Notes: generated by a model from the letters alone, not told the origin. 64,000 bases of DNA from Gammaproteobacteria bacterium (GCA_965221955.1 CBDCTA010000005.1:8524-72523), one strand, 5' to 3'; shown: positions 38,702 through 49,263, counted from the first letter of the stretch. Translations and numbers: made by a program.

Positions 38702-38925
38702 AAATTGATAAAAAATCACTGAAATACATATATTTCAGCTAGTTATGTAACTTATCTAATATAAATTCTCCTGCTTAAGCATCTTTACTCCAAACTTATC
38801 CAAATACATTCCATATCTAATATATAGGTATGTCTGTGTTGTACGGAATCCCGTATCAACACGGTCTATTGCAGTACAATGTTCATATATATGAGAAAAA
38901 AAGTTCCATTTACTGGAGATCCATT

Positions 38926-41376
38926 ATGACGTTACTCGTGTGGTTGTTGGCTTTGGGAGCATTGGCTTTTGGCCTAGCTAGAGCGAAATGGTCATTTGCG
39001 GTTTGGACTGCAGTGATCGCAGGCGCATTAGCGGTACTTACTTTAACTGGTTTTTTGAACGGTATTGCAGCATGGATTCTTTGGATACTGTTTATTCCAC
39101 TTGCTTTGCTCAATGTCACAAATCTTCGTGTTTCGTATCTAAGCAAGCCAATGCTTGGATATGTTAAAAAAGTGCTACCTCCAATGTCGCAAACCGAACG
39201 TGATGCGATCGAAGCTGGCACCGCATGGTGGGAAGCGGAATTATTTCGTGGAAACCCTGAGTGGGACCAGCTGCTCAATCATGATGTATCCGAACTTTCT
39301 GCTGAAGAACAAGCATTTATAGATGGTCCGGTAGATGAACTATGTAGCATGATTGATGATTGGCAGGTGACAAATGATCTAAACGATCTATCTCCTAAAA
39401 CATGGAAATTTATTAAAGAGAATAAATTTCTAGGCATGATCATTCCAAAAAAATATGGTGGCTTAGAATTTTCAGCAATTGCGCATTCCACCGTAGTCAT
39501 GAAAATCTCTACTCGCAGTGGTACGGCAGGGGTGTCCGTAATGGTGCCAAATTCATTAGGACCTGCAGAACTTCTTTTGCATTATGGTACAGAAGAACAA
39601 AAAGATTATTACCTTCCGCGTTTGGCAGTGGGCGAAGAAATTCCATGTTTCGCATTAACAGGGCCTAATGCAGGTTCGGATGCGGGCGCAATTCCAGACA
39701 CAGGAATCGTTTGTAAAGGTAAATATGAAGGCAAAGAAGTTTTAGGTTTACGCTTAAACTGGGAAAAGCGTTACATCACCTTAGGGCCAATCGCGACAGT
39801 ACTCGGTTTAGCATTTAAAGCGTATGACCCGGATGGTTTGTTAGGCGATAAAGAAGATTTAGGTATCACTTGTGCATTGATCCCAACGACTACTCCTGGC
39901 GTTACTATTGGTAATCGACACAATCCGCTAAATTCTGCGTTTATGAATGGCCCAAATTGGGGGAAAGATGTTTTTATTCCAATGGATTGGATTATTGGCG
40001 GGCAAGATCAAATTGGTAAAGGTTGGCGTATGTTAGTGGAGTGTCTGTCAGTTGGGCGTGGTATTTCATTGCCCGCGTTGGGAACTGGTGCAGGGAAGTT
40101 CGCCAGTTACATGACAGGTGCTTATGCAGCCGTTCGCAAACAATTTAATGTACCTATCGGTAAGTTCGAAGGGGTTGAAGAAGCATTAACTCGAATTGGT
40201 GGTTTAACCTATATGATGGAAGCCGCACGCAGATTAACTGCTTCTGCGATTGATCACGGTGAAAAACCTTCAGTCGTTACAGCAATACTGAAATATCACA
40301 ACACAGAAGGAATGCGGCAAGTGATAAACGATGCAATGGATGTGCATGGTGGGCGAGGCATATGTATCGGCCCAAGTAACTATCTTGCACGTGCGTATCA
40401 ATCCATTCCAATCAGTATCACAGTTGAAGGCGCAAATATTTTAACCAGAAGTTTAATTATCTTTGGTCAAGGTGCCATGCGTTGTCATCCGTATATCATT
40501 GAACTCATTAATGCTTCTGCAGATCCGGATAAAGAACAAGGCTTAAAACAATTTGATGAAGCACTTTTCAAACACATAGGTTATGCAACCTGCAATGGTG
40601 CACGATCATTTTTATATGGTTTAACGCGAAGTCGTTTAGCGGAAAGCCCAGTTCAGGGACCAACACGTGGCTACTTCAAACGTTTGGCACGAATGAGTGC
40701 AAGTTATGCGTTTGTATCCGATTTTGCCATGCTGTTTTTAGGTGGAGGATTAAAACGAAAAGAAAAACTTTCTGGTCGTTTTGCTGATGCACTCAGTTAT
40801 ATGTATTTAAGTTCTGCAGTATTAAAACGTTTCGAAGATACAGGCCGCCCAGCAGAAGATTTACCTTTTGTAGAGTGGAGTACTAAATATTGTTTATACA
40901 ATGTGCAAGATGCATTAGATGAAATATTAAGAAACTTCCCATCGGTTATTGTGGGGCAACTTTTACGCTTGATTGTCTTTCCAACAGGAAAAAGCTTGCG
41001 TTACCCAAATGATCGTGTAGGACACGAAGTCGCAAAACGATTAATCGTACCATCTGAAACCAGAGATCGATTGACTGAAGGCGTTTACAAAACAACGGAT
41101 CCAAAGGATCCTATTGGTTGTGTGCAATACGCTTTTCATGCAGTTGCAGCAGCGTATGAAGCAGAAAAGAAACTTAAAAAAGCGCACATCGGTCCTCCCG
41201 AGTTAGGTCGGCCTAGTAATTGGTTAGAAGATGCAGTTGAGCAAGGAGTCATCACAAAAGAAGAAGCTAAGCTAGTCGAAGAAGCGCATAAAGCCACTCG
41301 CGAAGCCATTATGGTAGATGACTTTCCTCCAAAGAAGGCAGCAGCAAAACGAAAAGCCACTAAAAAAGCAGCTTAA
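38926..41376 (+). CDS. fadE: Acyl-CoA dehydrogenase (long FadE type)
   Basis: MSQTERDAIEAG, VMVPNSLGPAELL, CFALTGPNAGSDA, ITVEGANILTR; SD GGAG before ATG 38926. Confidence 0.93.
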   Translation: MTLLVWLLALGALAFGLARAKWSFAVWTAVIAGALAVLTLTGFLNGIAAWILWILFIPLALLNVTNLRVSYLSKPMLGYVKKVLPPMSQTERDAIEAGTAWWEAELFRGNPEWDQLLNHDVSELSAEEQAFIDGPVDELCSMIDDWQVTNDLNDLSPKTWKFIKENKFLGMIIPKKYGGLEFSAIAHSTVVMKISTRSGTAGVSVMVPNSLGPAELLLHYGTEEQKDYYLPRLAVGEEIPCFALTGPNAGSDAGAIPDTGIVCKGKYEGKEVLGLRLNWEKRYITLGPIATVLGLAFKAYDPDGLLGDKEDLGITCALIPTTTPGVTIGNRHNPLNSAFMNGPNWGKDVFIPMDWIIGGQDQIGKGWRMLVECLSVGRGISLPALGTGAGKFASYMTGAYAAVRKQFNVPIGKFEGVEEALTRIGGLTYMMEAARRLTASAIDHGEKPSVVTAILKYHNTEGMRQVINDAMDVHGGRGICIGPSNYLARAYQSIPISITVEGANILTRSLIIFGQGAMRCHPYIIELINASADPDKEQGLKQFDEALFKHIGYATCNGARSFLYGLTRSRLAESPVQGPTRGYFKRLARMSASYAFVSDFAMLFLGGGLKRKEKLSGRFADALSYMYLSSAVLKRFEDTGRPAEDLPFVEWSTKYCLYNVQDALDEILRNFPSVIVGQLLRLIVFPTGKSLRYPNDRVGHEVAKRLIVPSETRDRLTEGVYKTTDPKDPIGCVQYAFHAVAAAYEAEKKLKKAHIGPPELGRPSNWLEDAVEQGVITKEEAKLVEEAHKATREAIMVDDFPPKKAAAKRKATKKAA

Positions 41377-41386
41377 AAAATAAAAA

Positions 41387-41848
41387 ATGTCAGATGCTGA
41401 ATTAGGGGGTGCCATAAAGCGGCTTGAAAACTTCGAGCCGTTTAAAATGATGCAAGTCAAAATCTTGGAGCTCACCCCAGATTGGCGCACGATTAAATTA
41501 TTATTACCTCTTTCAGAAGCCGCAACTAACCATCAAGGCACCATGTTTGGTGGTTTTATGGCATCTCTTGCAGATCCAGTTGCAGCGCTTTCATGCGGCA
41601 AGTTGTTTCCTGGTTATGCGGCGTGGACACGGAAATTAACCGTAGACTTTTTGCGTGCAGGCACAGGCGATCTCGAATTACATTTTGAATTCCCAGCTAA
41701 ATTAGAACCAATTATTAAAAAAGAATTAGAAGAAAAACAAAGAAGCACGCCGACATTTACATATGCCTATTATTTAAAAGATGGAACTCTATGTGCTCAA
41801 GTCGAATGCACTGTAGCGATTCGTCCACAGGGTTATATGAAGAAATAA
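41387..41848 (+). CDS. Hotdog-fold thioesterase (PaaI/DUF4442-like)
   Basis: NHQGTMFGGFMASLADP; directly follows fadE. Confidence 0.78.
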   Translation: MSDAELGGAIKRLENFEPFKMMQVKILELTPDWRTIKLLLPLSEAATNHQGTMFGGFMASLADPVAALSCGKLFPGYAAWTRKLTVDFLRAGTGDLELHFEFPAKLEPIIKKELEEKQRSTPTFTYAYYLKDGTLCAQVECTVAIRPQGYMKK

Positions 41849-41877
41849 ATGTTTCAAATATTTGAGGCATTTATTTT
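41843..41877 (+). terminator. Hairpin after the fadE-thioesterase pair
   Basis: AAATAAATGTTTCAAA-ta-TTTGAGGCATTTATTT. Confidence 0.45.
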
Positions 41878-42001
41878 AAACTCTTCTAAATTATTCAAAG
41901 TTTCAGTTGCCTTTTGCTATAATTTAGTAGTTGGGCGATAAGAGAAATGTTATCTCTACGCAATCTTGAGTGACAAACATATAATAAGGCCAGGGCGTTC
42001 T

Positions 42002-42778
42002 ATGAAAAAAATACTCATCAGTTTGGTTGTGATTATTGCAATTATTGCAGTCGGTGCTTATTTCCTTTTAGGTAACTTAGACAATATTGTTAAAGCTGCG
42101 ATTGTGAAATATGGCTCTGAAGTGACTCAAACCAGTGTTGGAGTGGGTGGCGTAAAAATTGGGTTATCCGATGGTTTAGGTTCTATTTCTAATTTAAGCG
42201 TTGCGAACCCTAAAGGGTTTTCAAATAATGATTTGTTTCAAATGGATAACACTAGTGTTCAGCTTAGTTTGGAAAGAACGACGACTGACGTGATTGTAAT
42301 TGAACAAGTGTTGTTAGATGGTCCGTCGATTATATATGAGTTGAGTAAGAAGGGCAGCAATGTGGATACGATTAAAAAGAATGTTGATGCGTATACTGCT
42401 GGTGGTTCGGATAGCGGAGAGAGTAGTGGGCCGAAATTGATTATTGAGAATTTAATTATCAAAAACGGTGAGGTTCAAGTGACTTCTGATATGGTAAAAG
42501 GCAAAACGTTATCTACACCGCTTCCTGCAATTCATTTGCGTGATATTGGTAAAGACACTGGGGGCGCAACACCTGCAGAGGTCGCAAAGAAAGTGGTTGC
42601 AGTACTTACGAGCCAAATTGGAGCGGCAGCAGGTAAGCTTGATTTGCGTTCGTTAATGGATGAAGAGATGTTGAAGCAGCTTGGGGCTGAAAAATTAAAA
42701 GGAGTTGAAGGCAAAACCATGGATAAGCTAAAAGGTATCGGTGGTGATGCGGGTGAAAAACTTAAGAAGTTGTTTTAA
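42002..42778 (+). CDS. AsmA-like/DUF748 family protein
   Basis: N-terminal TM, LSVANPKGFS, LPAIHLRDIG...GATPAEV. Confidence 0.7.
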   Translation: MKKILISLVVIIAIIAVGAYFLLGNLDNIVKAAIVKYGSEVTQTSVGVGGVKIGLSDGLGSISNLSVANPKGFSNNDLFQMDNTSVQLSLERTTTDVIVIEQVLLDGPSIIYELSKKGSNVDTIKKNVDAYTAGGSDSGESSGPKLIIENLIIKNGEVQVTSDMVKGKTLSTPLPAIHLRDIGKDTGGATPAEVAKKVVAVLTSQIGAAAGKLDLRSLMDEEMLKQLGAEKLKGVEGKTMDKLKGIGGDAGEKLKKLF

Positions 42779-42836
42779 AACAAAAATTGAACTTATTATT
42801 TTTGTCAGTCTTTTTGCATTTTTAGGCCACATTTGA

Positions 42837-42873
42837 ATGCAATGATGTAAATAAGTTGTTTACGTCATTGCAT
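42837..42873. promoter_or_regulatory. Long inverted repeat directly before the amidase start codon
   Basis: ATGCAATGATGTAAATAA-g-TTGTTTACGTCATTGCAT. Confidence 0.5.
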
Positions 42874-42875
42874 CT

Positions 42876-43397
42876 ATGAAGCGTCGAAAATTTTTAATTT
42901 GTTCATCAATACTCGCTAGTTCTTTCGGGCTTGGTGGGTTTTATTGGGCAAACCGTTGGGAATACATTGTAGTTCACCATAGTGCGGGCAATTATGGTGA
43001 TATCGAATTTTTACAGAAAGTGCATCGTCAAAGACAAGCAGGTGATCCTATTGATGCGATTCCCTATCACTTTGTAATCGGAAATGGCAATGGTTTAGAG
43101 TTGGGGGAAATCGCAAGTGACTGGAGAAATGATTACAAACTTTGGGGCATGCACGTCTCCGCAAACAATATAGAGCGTAACTTTCGTGGATTGGGGATTT
43201 GTTTAATTGGTAATTTTGAAACCCACAAAGTACCCGAGCAGCAGTATCAAGCTTTGGTTTTGTTAACGAAATCGTTAATGAAGCAATATGACATTCGTGC
43301 TGATCATGTTACGGGACATGGCCATACGAAAGGAGAATCTACGAAATGTCCAGGGAAGTATTTTCCGATGGAGAGGTTTAAGGGGGATATTGTGTAG
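42876..43397 (+). CDS. N-acetylmuramoyl-L-alanine amidase (Amidase_2/PGRP-like) with Tat-like leader
   Basis: MKRRKFL leader; IVVHHSA, YHFVIGNG, GICLIGNF, GH...TKCPG zinc ligands. Confidence 0.85.
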   Translation: MKRRKFLICSSILASSFGLGGFYWANRWEYIVVHHSAGNYGDIEFLQKVHRQRQAGDPIDAIPYHFVIGNGNGLELGEIASDWRNDYKLWGMHVSANNIERNFRGLGICLIGNFETHKVPEQQYQALVLLTKSLMKQYDIRADHVTGHGHTKGESTKCPGKYFPMERFKGDIV

Positions 43398-43499
43398 AAC
43401 CTACATTAATAGGCTCAAGCATATTTAATAAACTAATTACATTTTAATTTATGGCAAGAAGTGCACGTTCAGTTCACTAAATAAAACTTACCAAGTTAG

Positions 43500-43690
43500 T
43501 TGTTCATTTTCTTTGCTTGTCCAAAGAAAACGAACCAAAAGAAAGGACACCCAAATTTAATTGTCCTAAAGGATTCGCGCGTTTCACAGAACGACTTGGC
43601 TGTCGGCATGATTCGCATCCATGCTCAACACGCCTCAAATGAACATCCTTGTTCATTTGTCAGCCGTCTTGTCTGTTCACTTACAAAGCA
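43500..43690. repeat. Structured non-coding repeat/MITE-like element
   Basis: TTTTCTTTG-cttgtc-CAAAGAAAA hairpin followed by CCAAAAGAAAGG; also GCATCCATGC and AAATGAACA-tcct-TGTTCATTT hairpins. Confidence 0.55.
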
Positions 43691-43898
43691 AATAATGGGT
43701 TTAATTTAAGAAGGTCTTCCTAGACTCTCTAGAAGAAATTTGGGTTCAAAAAGCTTTTATATTTTGGTGCTTAGAATTTTGCTTGGAGGGATCAAGATTT
43801 GGGTCAATTAGCCTAGCAATAAGCCCATTTATCATTATTTTAGTGGGTCTTTTTGCTCATATTTATACAATTTAATCAATTATTTAGGATTAATTGTT

Positions 43899-45056
43899 AT
43901 GAGTGAAATGTCCACTTATACGGTAATTAGTACCGGTCAGCTTCAAGAGGATTTTGGCCTCGAAGAGGTTAAAAATAGCTTCGCAAAATTGTTTAAAACC
44001 ACTCCTGAAAAGGCGAGTGCTTATGTTGGCGTGAAAAAGATTTTAAAGAAAAATCTTGATCATTCAAAAGCGCATAAATTGAAAGCACGCCTTGAACAGA
44101 TCGGTATGGTGGTTGCACTGAAAGAAAATAAGCAAGCAACTTCTGCAGATGCAATGTCTTTATCGGTTGAAGACAAAGCACCCACTAAAGAAGATACGAC
44201 GATGACGTGTCCTAAATGTAATTTACGTCAAGAGAAGGCAGAGCAGTGTTCGGGTTGTGGCGTATATGTGGAAAAATTACTAGCACCTTCTGCAACGGAT
44301 ACGGTAATTGGGCAATCCACTATAATGAAAGCACCTCCAATTGAAGATCCGTCAAATGCTACGGGCATTACGACGGCCCCCACCATGCAAACTTCAAGTG
44401 GTGCTAAGGGAATTAATCTTGTAGGTATTGCCGCTGCAGCAGGTGTTGCTGTAGTAGGTGCGTTGTTATGGAAATATATTACCGTTTGGTTTGGTTATGA
44501 GTTTGCGATTATTGCAATTGGCATTGGCGCAGGTGTGGGCATTGCTGCAGTGATGTTTGAATCGGAAGGTGTTGCTACTGGAATAATTTGTGCAATTTTT
44601 ACTTTGCTTTCTATTTTTGGTGGCAAATATATGGCGATGTCTTATTTGCAAGAAACTTGGTCGCAAGATATAACAGCGGCCATAGAAGGTGAAGAAGATA
44701 TTTATAGAGATTATTATCAGCAAGACTTAAAAGCTGCTGAAGCCTTTGGTGATGGAATTGAAGACAAAAAAGAGCTTGTTGCATTCCTTAAAGAGCATGG
44801 CTATGAAGAATATTATGATGTTGACAATATTTCTGAAGCTGAAATCGCAGACTTTAACGAATATGTGGTTCCGCATTTAAAAAGAATTTCTGAAACGACC
44901 CCGAGTTTTGAAGAATGGTTGCAGGGTAGTTTCCAAGAGAATGTTGAAGATCTCTCTACTTCTTCATTAGTGTTTTTAGATTTTGGTTTAATGGGAATCT
45001 TGTTTCTACTTTTAGGTGTGGGCACTGCATTTAAGATGGGAATGGGTGAAGGATAA
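43899..45056 (+). CDS. Hypothetical membrane protein with zinc ribbon
   Basis: CPKC-x8-CSGC motif, three or four TM helices, acidic periplasmic-like domain. Confidence 0.75.
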   Translation: MSEMSTYTVISTGQLQEDFGLEEVKNSFAKLFKTTPEKASAYVGVKKILKKNLDHSKAHKLKARLEQIGMVVALKENKQATSADAMSLSVEDKAPTKEDTTMTCPKCNLRQEKAEQCSGCGVYVEKLLAPSATDTVIGQSTIMKAPPIEDPSNATGITTAPTMQTSSGAKGINLVGIAAAAGVAVVGALLWKYITVWFGYEFAIIAIGIGAGVGIAAVMFESEGVATGIICAIFTLLSIFGGKYMAMSYLQETWSQDITAAIEGEEDIYRDYYQQDLKAAEAFGDGIEDKKELVAFLKEHGYEEYYDVDNISEAEIADFNEYVVPHLKRISETTPSFEEWLQGSFQENVEDLSTSSLVFLDFGLMGILFLLLGVGTAFKMGMGEG

Positions 45057-45060
45057 AATT

Positions 45061-45420
45061 ATGAGTACAGCAGAATTTGATAAATTTGATCTTGAAGGTT
45101 TGTCGCTTGAGGACATAGAACCTGCCAAACCAGTAGAGGTGGAACAGAAAGTGCCACAAGATTTGCCGCAAGAGATTGAGGAAATTCAGGTAAAACCTGT
45201 TGAACAGGAACCAGTAAAGAAAGCAGCTGAGCCTATGCCGCAGGCACAAAATACACAGAATGCAGAAAGTGCTGATGTGCCAGAAGGCAAAATGGTTTGT
45301 CCTAAATGTGAGCTTTTGCAAGATAAAGCTGAGCAGTGTTCGGGTTGTGGTGTATATGTTGCTAAAGCCCAAGCACAAGTAGGTCAATCTAAAATTCAAA
45401 TTACCTCAACAAAATTCTAG
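45061..45420 (+). CDS. Small acidic zinc-ribbon protein
   Basis: CPKC-x8-CSGCGVYV near-identical to the upstream gene; ATG 45061 after GAAGGA. Confidence 0.7.
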   Translation: MSTAEFDKFDLEGLSLEDIEPAKPVEVEQKVPQDLPQEIEEIQVKPVEQEPVKKAAEPMPQAQNTQNAESADVPEGKMVCPKCELLQDKAEQCSGCGVYVAKAQAQVGQSKIQITSTKF

Positions 45421-45439
45421 TTCCAATATTCAAGAATAA

Positions 45440-46006
45440 TTAACGTAAGGATTTTAAGAGCACGTAAACGGCTCCTGTCCCTCCATCATTAGGTCTTGCA
45501 GAACAAAAGGCAAGTATTTCACTGCGTTGTTGAAGCCACTTGTTTACCAGAGGTTTAATTTTTGGTCCCTGGTTGTTTGAGCCATAGCCTTTGCCGTGAA
45601 TAATGCGCACACACCTAATATTATCTTCTCTAACGGTTTGAATAAATTTAGCCAGTGCAACTTGAGCTTCTACTTGAGTGTGGCCGTGTAAATCTAATTC
45701 TGCACCGATATTGTATTGGCCTTTTTTAAGTTTTTTGAAAATACTTTTTTGAATTCCTGAGCGGCAAAATGAAAGACTGTCGCCAGGCTGCAAATCTTCA
45801 ACGTCTAGGCTGACTTCCAATGACTCTTCTAATACACGTTGCTTGTCTTTAAGCGTTTCATTAGGCGTGGGCTTTAGTTTTGGGGTTTGATGGGCAGCAC
45901 GATTATGGTGTTCAGCATTCAGTGGCTTAACATCATCCAATAGATCCGCAAAACGCATATCTTCATCTATATTCGAATTGTCTTTTGTGTCTTTATCCTG
46001 AGACAT
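45440..46006 (-). CDS. Smr/MutS2 domain endonuclease
   Basis: LDLHG, IIHGKG, AFCSARPNDGGTGAVYVLL. Confidence 0.9.
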   Translation of the reverse strand: MSQDKDTKDNSNIDEDMRFADLLDDVKPLNAEHHNRAAHQTPKLKPTPNETLKDKQRVLEESLEVSLDVEDLQPGDSLSFCRSGIQKSIFKKLKKGQYNIGAELDLHGHTQVEAQVALAKFIQTVREDNIRCVRIIHGKGYGSNNQGPKIKPLVNKWLQQRSEILAFCSARPNDGGTGAVYVLLKSLR

Positions 46007-46106
46007 TAGTAACTACCACTTTAGTCCTTGAATTTGTTACTATTTTCATCGTAGACAGAAATCTATCTACCACTCATAATAATTTTACCTAATTTCTACA
46101 ATACGC

Positions 46107-46859
46107 ATGCACCTATTATTAAGTAATGACGATGGCATTCATGCCAGCGGTTTGAAGCTATTGGCTGAGGCACTTGCCCCGCTAGGCAAAATTTCTGTGG
46201 TTGCGCCGAATCGTAATCGTAGTGCTGCGAGTAATTCTTTGACCTTGGAGCGGCCCATTCGTGCCCAAAAAGTTGCGGAAAATTGGTATAGCGTTGATGG
46301 CACTCCTACAGATTGCGTGCACCTAGCCATTACTGGCCTGTTAAAAGATGAGCCAGATATTGTCGTTTCGGGTATTAATACAGGCGCTAATTTGGGTGAT
46401 GACGTGATTTACTCGGGGACCGTAGCGGCTGCAATTGAAGGTCGTTTTTTGGGGTTGCCTGCCGTGGCCGTTTCACTGACCTCTTTTCAGCCCATGTTCA
46501 TGCAAGATGCTGCAGAAGTTACACATGGGTTGGTTTCAAATTTAACCAAAACAACTTTACCCAATGATGTAATTATTAATATTAATATTCCTGATGTTGC
46601 TAAAGAAGAGCTAAAGGGTGTGCAAACCACACGCTTAGGAAACCGACACAAAGCCGAGCCGGTAATTGAAGCGCAAGATCCACGCGGTAAACCTATTTAT
46701 TGGGTAGGTGCTGCAGGGCCCGAGCAAGATGCAGGAATTGGTACAGATTTTTATGCGGTGAATAACAATTATATTTCAGTTTCACCAATGCATCTTGATT
46801 TGACGCATTACAAAGCTATGGAAGATGTTGAAAAATGGATATCAAATTGTGAACTCTAA
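46107..46859 (+). CDS. surE: 5'/3'-nucleotidase SurE
   Basis: [44 protein letters not shown]. Confidence 0.96.
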   Translation: MHLLLSNDDGIHASGLKLLAEALAPLGKISVVAPNRNRSAASNSLTLERPIRAQKVAENWYSVDGTPTDCVHLAITGLLKDEPDIVVSGINTGANLGDDVIYSGTVAAAIEGRFLGLPAVAVSLTSFQPMFMQDAAEVTHGLVSNLTKTTLPNDVIININIPDVAKEELKGVQTTRLGNRHKAEPVIEAQDPRGKPIYWVGAAGPEQDAGIGTDFYAVNNNYISVSPMHLDLTHYKAMEDVEKWISNCEL

Positions 46860-47514
46860 TAATCATGCTGGCATAGGAATGACTTCTCAGCGGACGCGAG
46901 ATCGTTTGGTTACGCGTTTAGAAGAGAAAGGGATTAGCAATATACACGTTTTGGAAGCCATGCGTATGACCCCTAGGCATTTATTTGTTGACGAAGCTTT
47001 GGCTTCGCGAGCTTATGAAGACACCGCATTACCGATTGGACATAAGCAAACTATTTCGCAACCGTATGTGGTAGCACGCATGACTGAAGCTATTTTAAAA
47101 GATGGAATACCAGAAAAAGTTTTAGAAATTGGAACCGGTTCAGGATATCAAGCGGCTATTCTTGCTGCCATTGTTAAAGAAGTTTATACCGTTGAAAGAA
47201 TTGAACCATTATATCAACAAGCACGCCGTCGTGCGATGCAACTTGGTTTAAGAAATATTCGCTTTAAACTTTCTGATGGTACATGGGGTTGGGAAAGCTA
47301 TGCACCTTATGATGCGATTGTAGTAACAGCTGCGCCAAAAGAAGTTCCTGAGGCATTAATAGAGCAGCTGGGTGAAAATGGTAGATTAGTTATTCCAGTA
47401 GGTAAGACTTCTGAAATTCAAGATTTATTACTGTTGCATAAAACGCCTGAAGGAATTCGTAAAGAACATCTTGATGCGGTAAGTTTTGTGCCACTTATTC
47501 AGGGTGGTGTATGA
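46849..47514 (+). CDS. pcm: Protein-L-isoaspartate O-methyltransferase
   Basis: [43 protein letters not shown]; start approximate. Confidence 0.95.
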   Translation: MNSNNHAGIGMTSQRTRDRLVTRLEEKGISNIHVLEAMRMTPRHLFVDEALASRAYEDTALPIGHKQTISQPYVVARMTEAILKDGIPEKVLEIGTGSGYQAAILAAIVKEVYTVERIEPLYQQARRRAMQLGLRNIRFKLSDGTWGWESYAPYDAIVVTAAPKEVPEALIEQLGENGRLVIPVGKTSEIQDLLLLHKTPEGIRKEHLDAVSFVPLIQGGV

Positions 47515-47530
47515 GTACTAATATGTCGTT

Positions 47531-48115
47531 ATGAAAATATTTAGTTGGTTGTATGAAAAAGTAATGGGGTGGTCAAGACATCCACATGCGAGTTATTACT
47601 TGGGGGCATTGAGTTTTGCGGAATCTTCTTTTTTCCCCATTCCTCCTGATGTCATGCTGGCACCGATGTCAGTGGCGAGTCCAAATAAAGCGTGGGGGTT
47701 TGCGCTATTAACGACGGTTACATCCGTTTTAGGCGGTATATTTGGTTATTTTATTGGCGCCTTTGCATTTGAGTATATTGAGCCTTGGATACAGTCATCC
47801 GCTTATTTGCCTAAATTTGAAACGGCGAAAGCTTGGTTCGCAGAGTGGGGCGTGTGGATCGTGTTTGTTGCAGGTTTTTCACCTATTCCTTATAAATTAT
47901 TCACAGTAACCGCAGGTTTGCTATCACTGGCTCTGATTCCTTTCATTATTGCTTCTTTTATTGGTCGTGGTTCGCGATTCTTCCTGGTTGCAGGCTTACT
48001 TAAAATTGCTGGTCCTAAGATTGAACCAATGGTAAAAAAATATGTGGAATGGATTGGCTGGATTACGGTCTTATTACTTATCTTAGCTATCGTTTATTTT
48101 AAATATTTGCATTAA
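47531..48115 (+). CDS. yqaA: YqaA/DedA family membrane protein
   Basis: SFAESSFFPIPPDVML, FSPIPYKLFT, GRGSRFFLV. Confidence 0.88.
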   Translation: MKIFSWLYEKVMGWSRHPHASYYLGALSFAESSFFPIPPDVMLAPMSVASPNKAWGFALLTTVTSVLGGIFGYFIGAFAFEYIEPWIQSSAYLPKFETAKAWFAEWGVWIVFVAGFSPIPYKLFTVTAGLLSLALIPFIIASFIGRGSRFFLVAGLLKIAGPKIEPMVKKYVEWIGWITVLLLILAIVYFKYLH

Positions 48116-48858
48116 TGCCTAGCTTAATAAGAAAAGTAATCTTTTGTTTGCTTTTATTGTCGGTTATTTCATGTGTATCGAATCGTAATAGTCAGGTTTA
48201 TTATGATTATGATCACGGATATCACACTGTACTTAAAGGTGAAACGCTGTATTCCATCGCTTTTAGACATGGTGTCGATTACAAAAGGTTAGCAAGATGG
48301 AACGGTATACGTTCGCCTTATACGATTTATGCGGGCCAAAGGCTCAGGTTGACTCGTTCGCAAGTTACTTCTAAAACCTATGCTGTAAAAAAGAAAAGCA
48401 CACCTACAAATGATACGAGTACAAAGAAAAAAACTACTAGCACCGTTTCAACAAAACCTAAAGTTAGTAGACCTGAAAAGTTAATTAAGCATGAATGGAA
48501 TTGGCCAACTAAAGGTAAAGTGATTCGCACTTATTCGTCTCGATTAGGAGGCAACAAGGGAATTGATATAGCGGGTAAAGTTGGTCAACCTGTTTTGGCA
48601 GCTTCGTCAGGAAAAGTAGTATACAGCGGTAATGGATTAACAGGCTATGGTAATTTAATTATTGTTAAACATAGCGAACAATTTTTAAGTGCGTATGCGC
48701 ATAATAAAAGACTGTTTGTAAAAGAAGGTGGCGAAGTAAAACGCGGTGAAAAAATTGCCGAACTGGGTAAGTCAGGAACCAATGAGGCGAAGTTGCATTT
48801 TGAAATTCGATATAAAGGTAAGCCCGTGGATCCTCTAAAATATTTACCTAAACTTTGA
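48115..48858 (+). CDS. nlpD: LysM + M23 lipoprotein NlpD
   Basis: Lipobox VISC, HTVLKGETLYSIAF LysM, NKGIDI...YGNLIIVKH...LHFEIR. Confidence 0.9.
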   Translation: MPSLIRKVIFCLLLLSVISCVSNRNSQVYYDYDHGYHTVLKGETLYSIAFRHGVDYKRLARWNGIRSPYTIYAGQRLRLTRSQVTSKTYAVKKKSTPTNDTSTKKKTTSTVSTKPKVSRPEKLIKHEWNWPTKGKVIRTYSSRLGGNKGIDIAGKVGQPVLAASSGKVVYSGNGLTGYGNLIIVKHSEQFLSAYAHNKRLFVKEGGEVKRGEKIAELGKSGTNEAKLHFEIRYKGKPVDPLKYLPKL

Positions 48859-48885
48859 AGCATTAAAATTAAATCAAAGCTTCTT

Positions 48886-49263
48886 TTATGATTTAGGGAG
48901 AATTACGGCTGCAGTAGCTTTTCTACCTTCCGCAATTAAAATTCCATAGGTTCTGCATGCCGCGCTGGTATTCATCGTTTCTAATCCGATTTGATGTTGC
49001 GCAAATAATGCAATGATTTTTGGATCCGGAAGTGCTAAATGCTCACCTGTTCCAATGATGGCAATTTCGGGTTGTTGATGAAGAATTGTAGCTGAGGCGG
49101 TTTCATCTAATTGGCTTATATGTGTGACTTCCCATGGCGAAATTAATGACTCTGGGCTGATTATCAGGCTTTGATAGTGGGGTTCATTATTGATCATCAC
49201 ACAATCGGATCGATAGCCTGTGATAGTGTATTTAGCGTCAGCGAAATCTTGAGTGATATCCAT
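48886..49263 (-). CDS. Mth938-like (DUF498) protein
   Basis: PEIAIIGTG, IGLETMNTSAACRTYGILIAEGR. Confidence 0.88.
   Translation of the reverse strand: MDITQDFADAKYTITGYRSDCVMINNEPHYQSLIISPESLISPWEVTHISQLDETASATILHQQPEIAIIGTGEHLALPDPKIIALFAQHQIGLETMNTSAACRTYGILIAEGRKATAAVILPKS

Noticed and set aside
43500-43709. 69-aa ORF as a real protein
   Set aside because: It coincides with a hairpin-rich repeat, has a TTG start without SD, and shows no protein features
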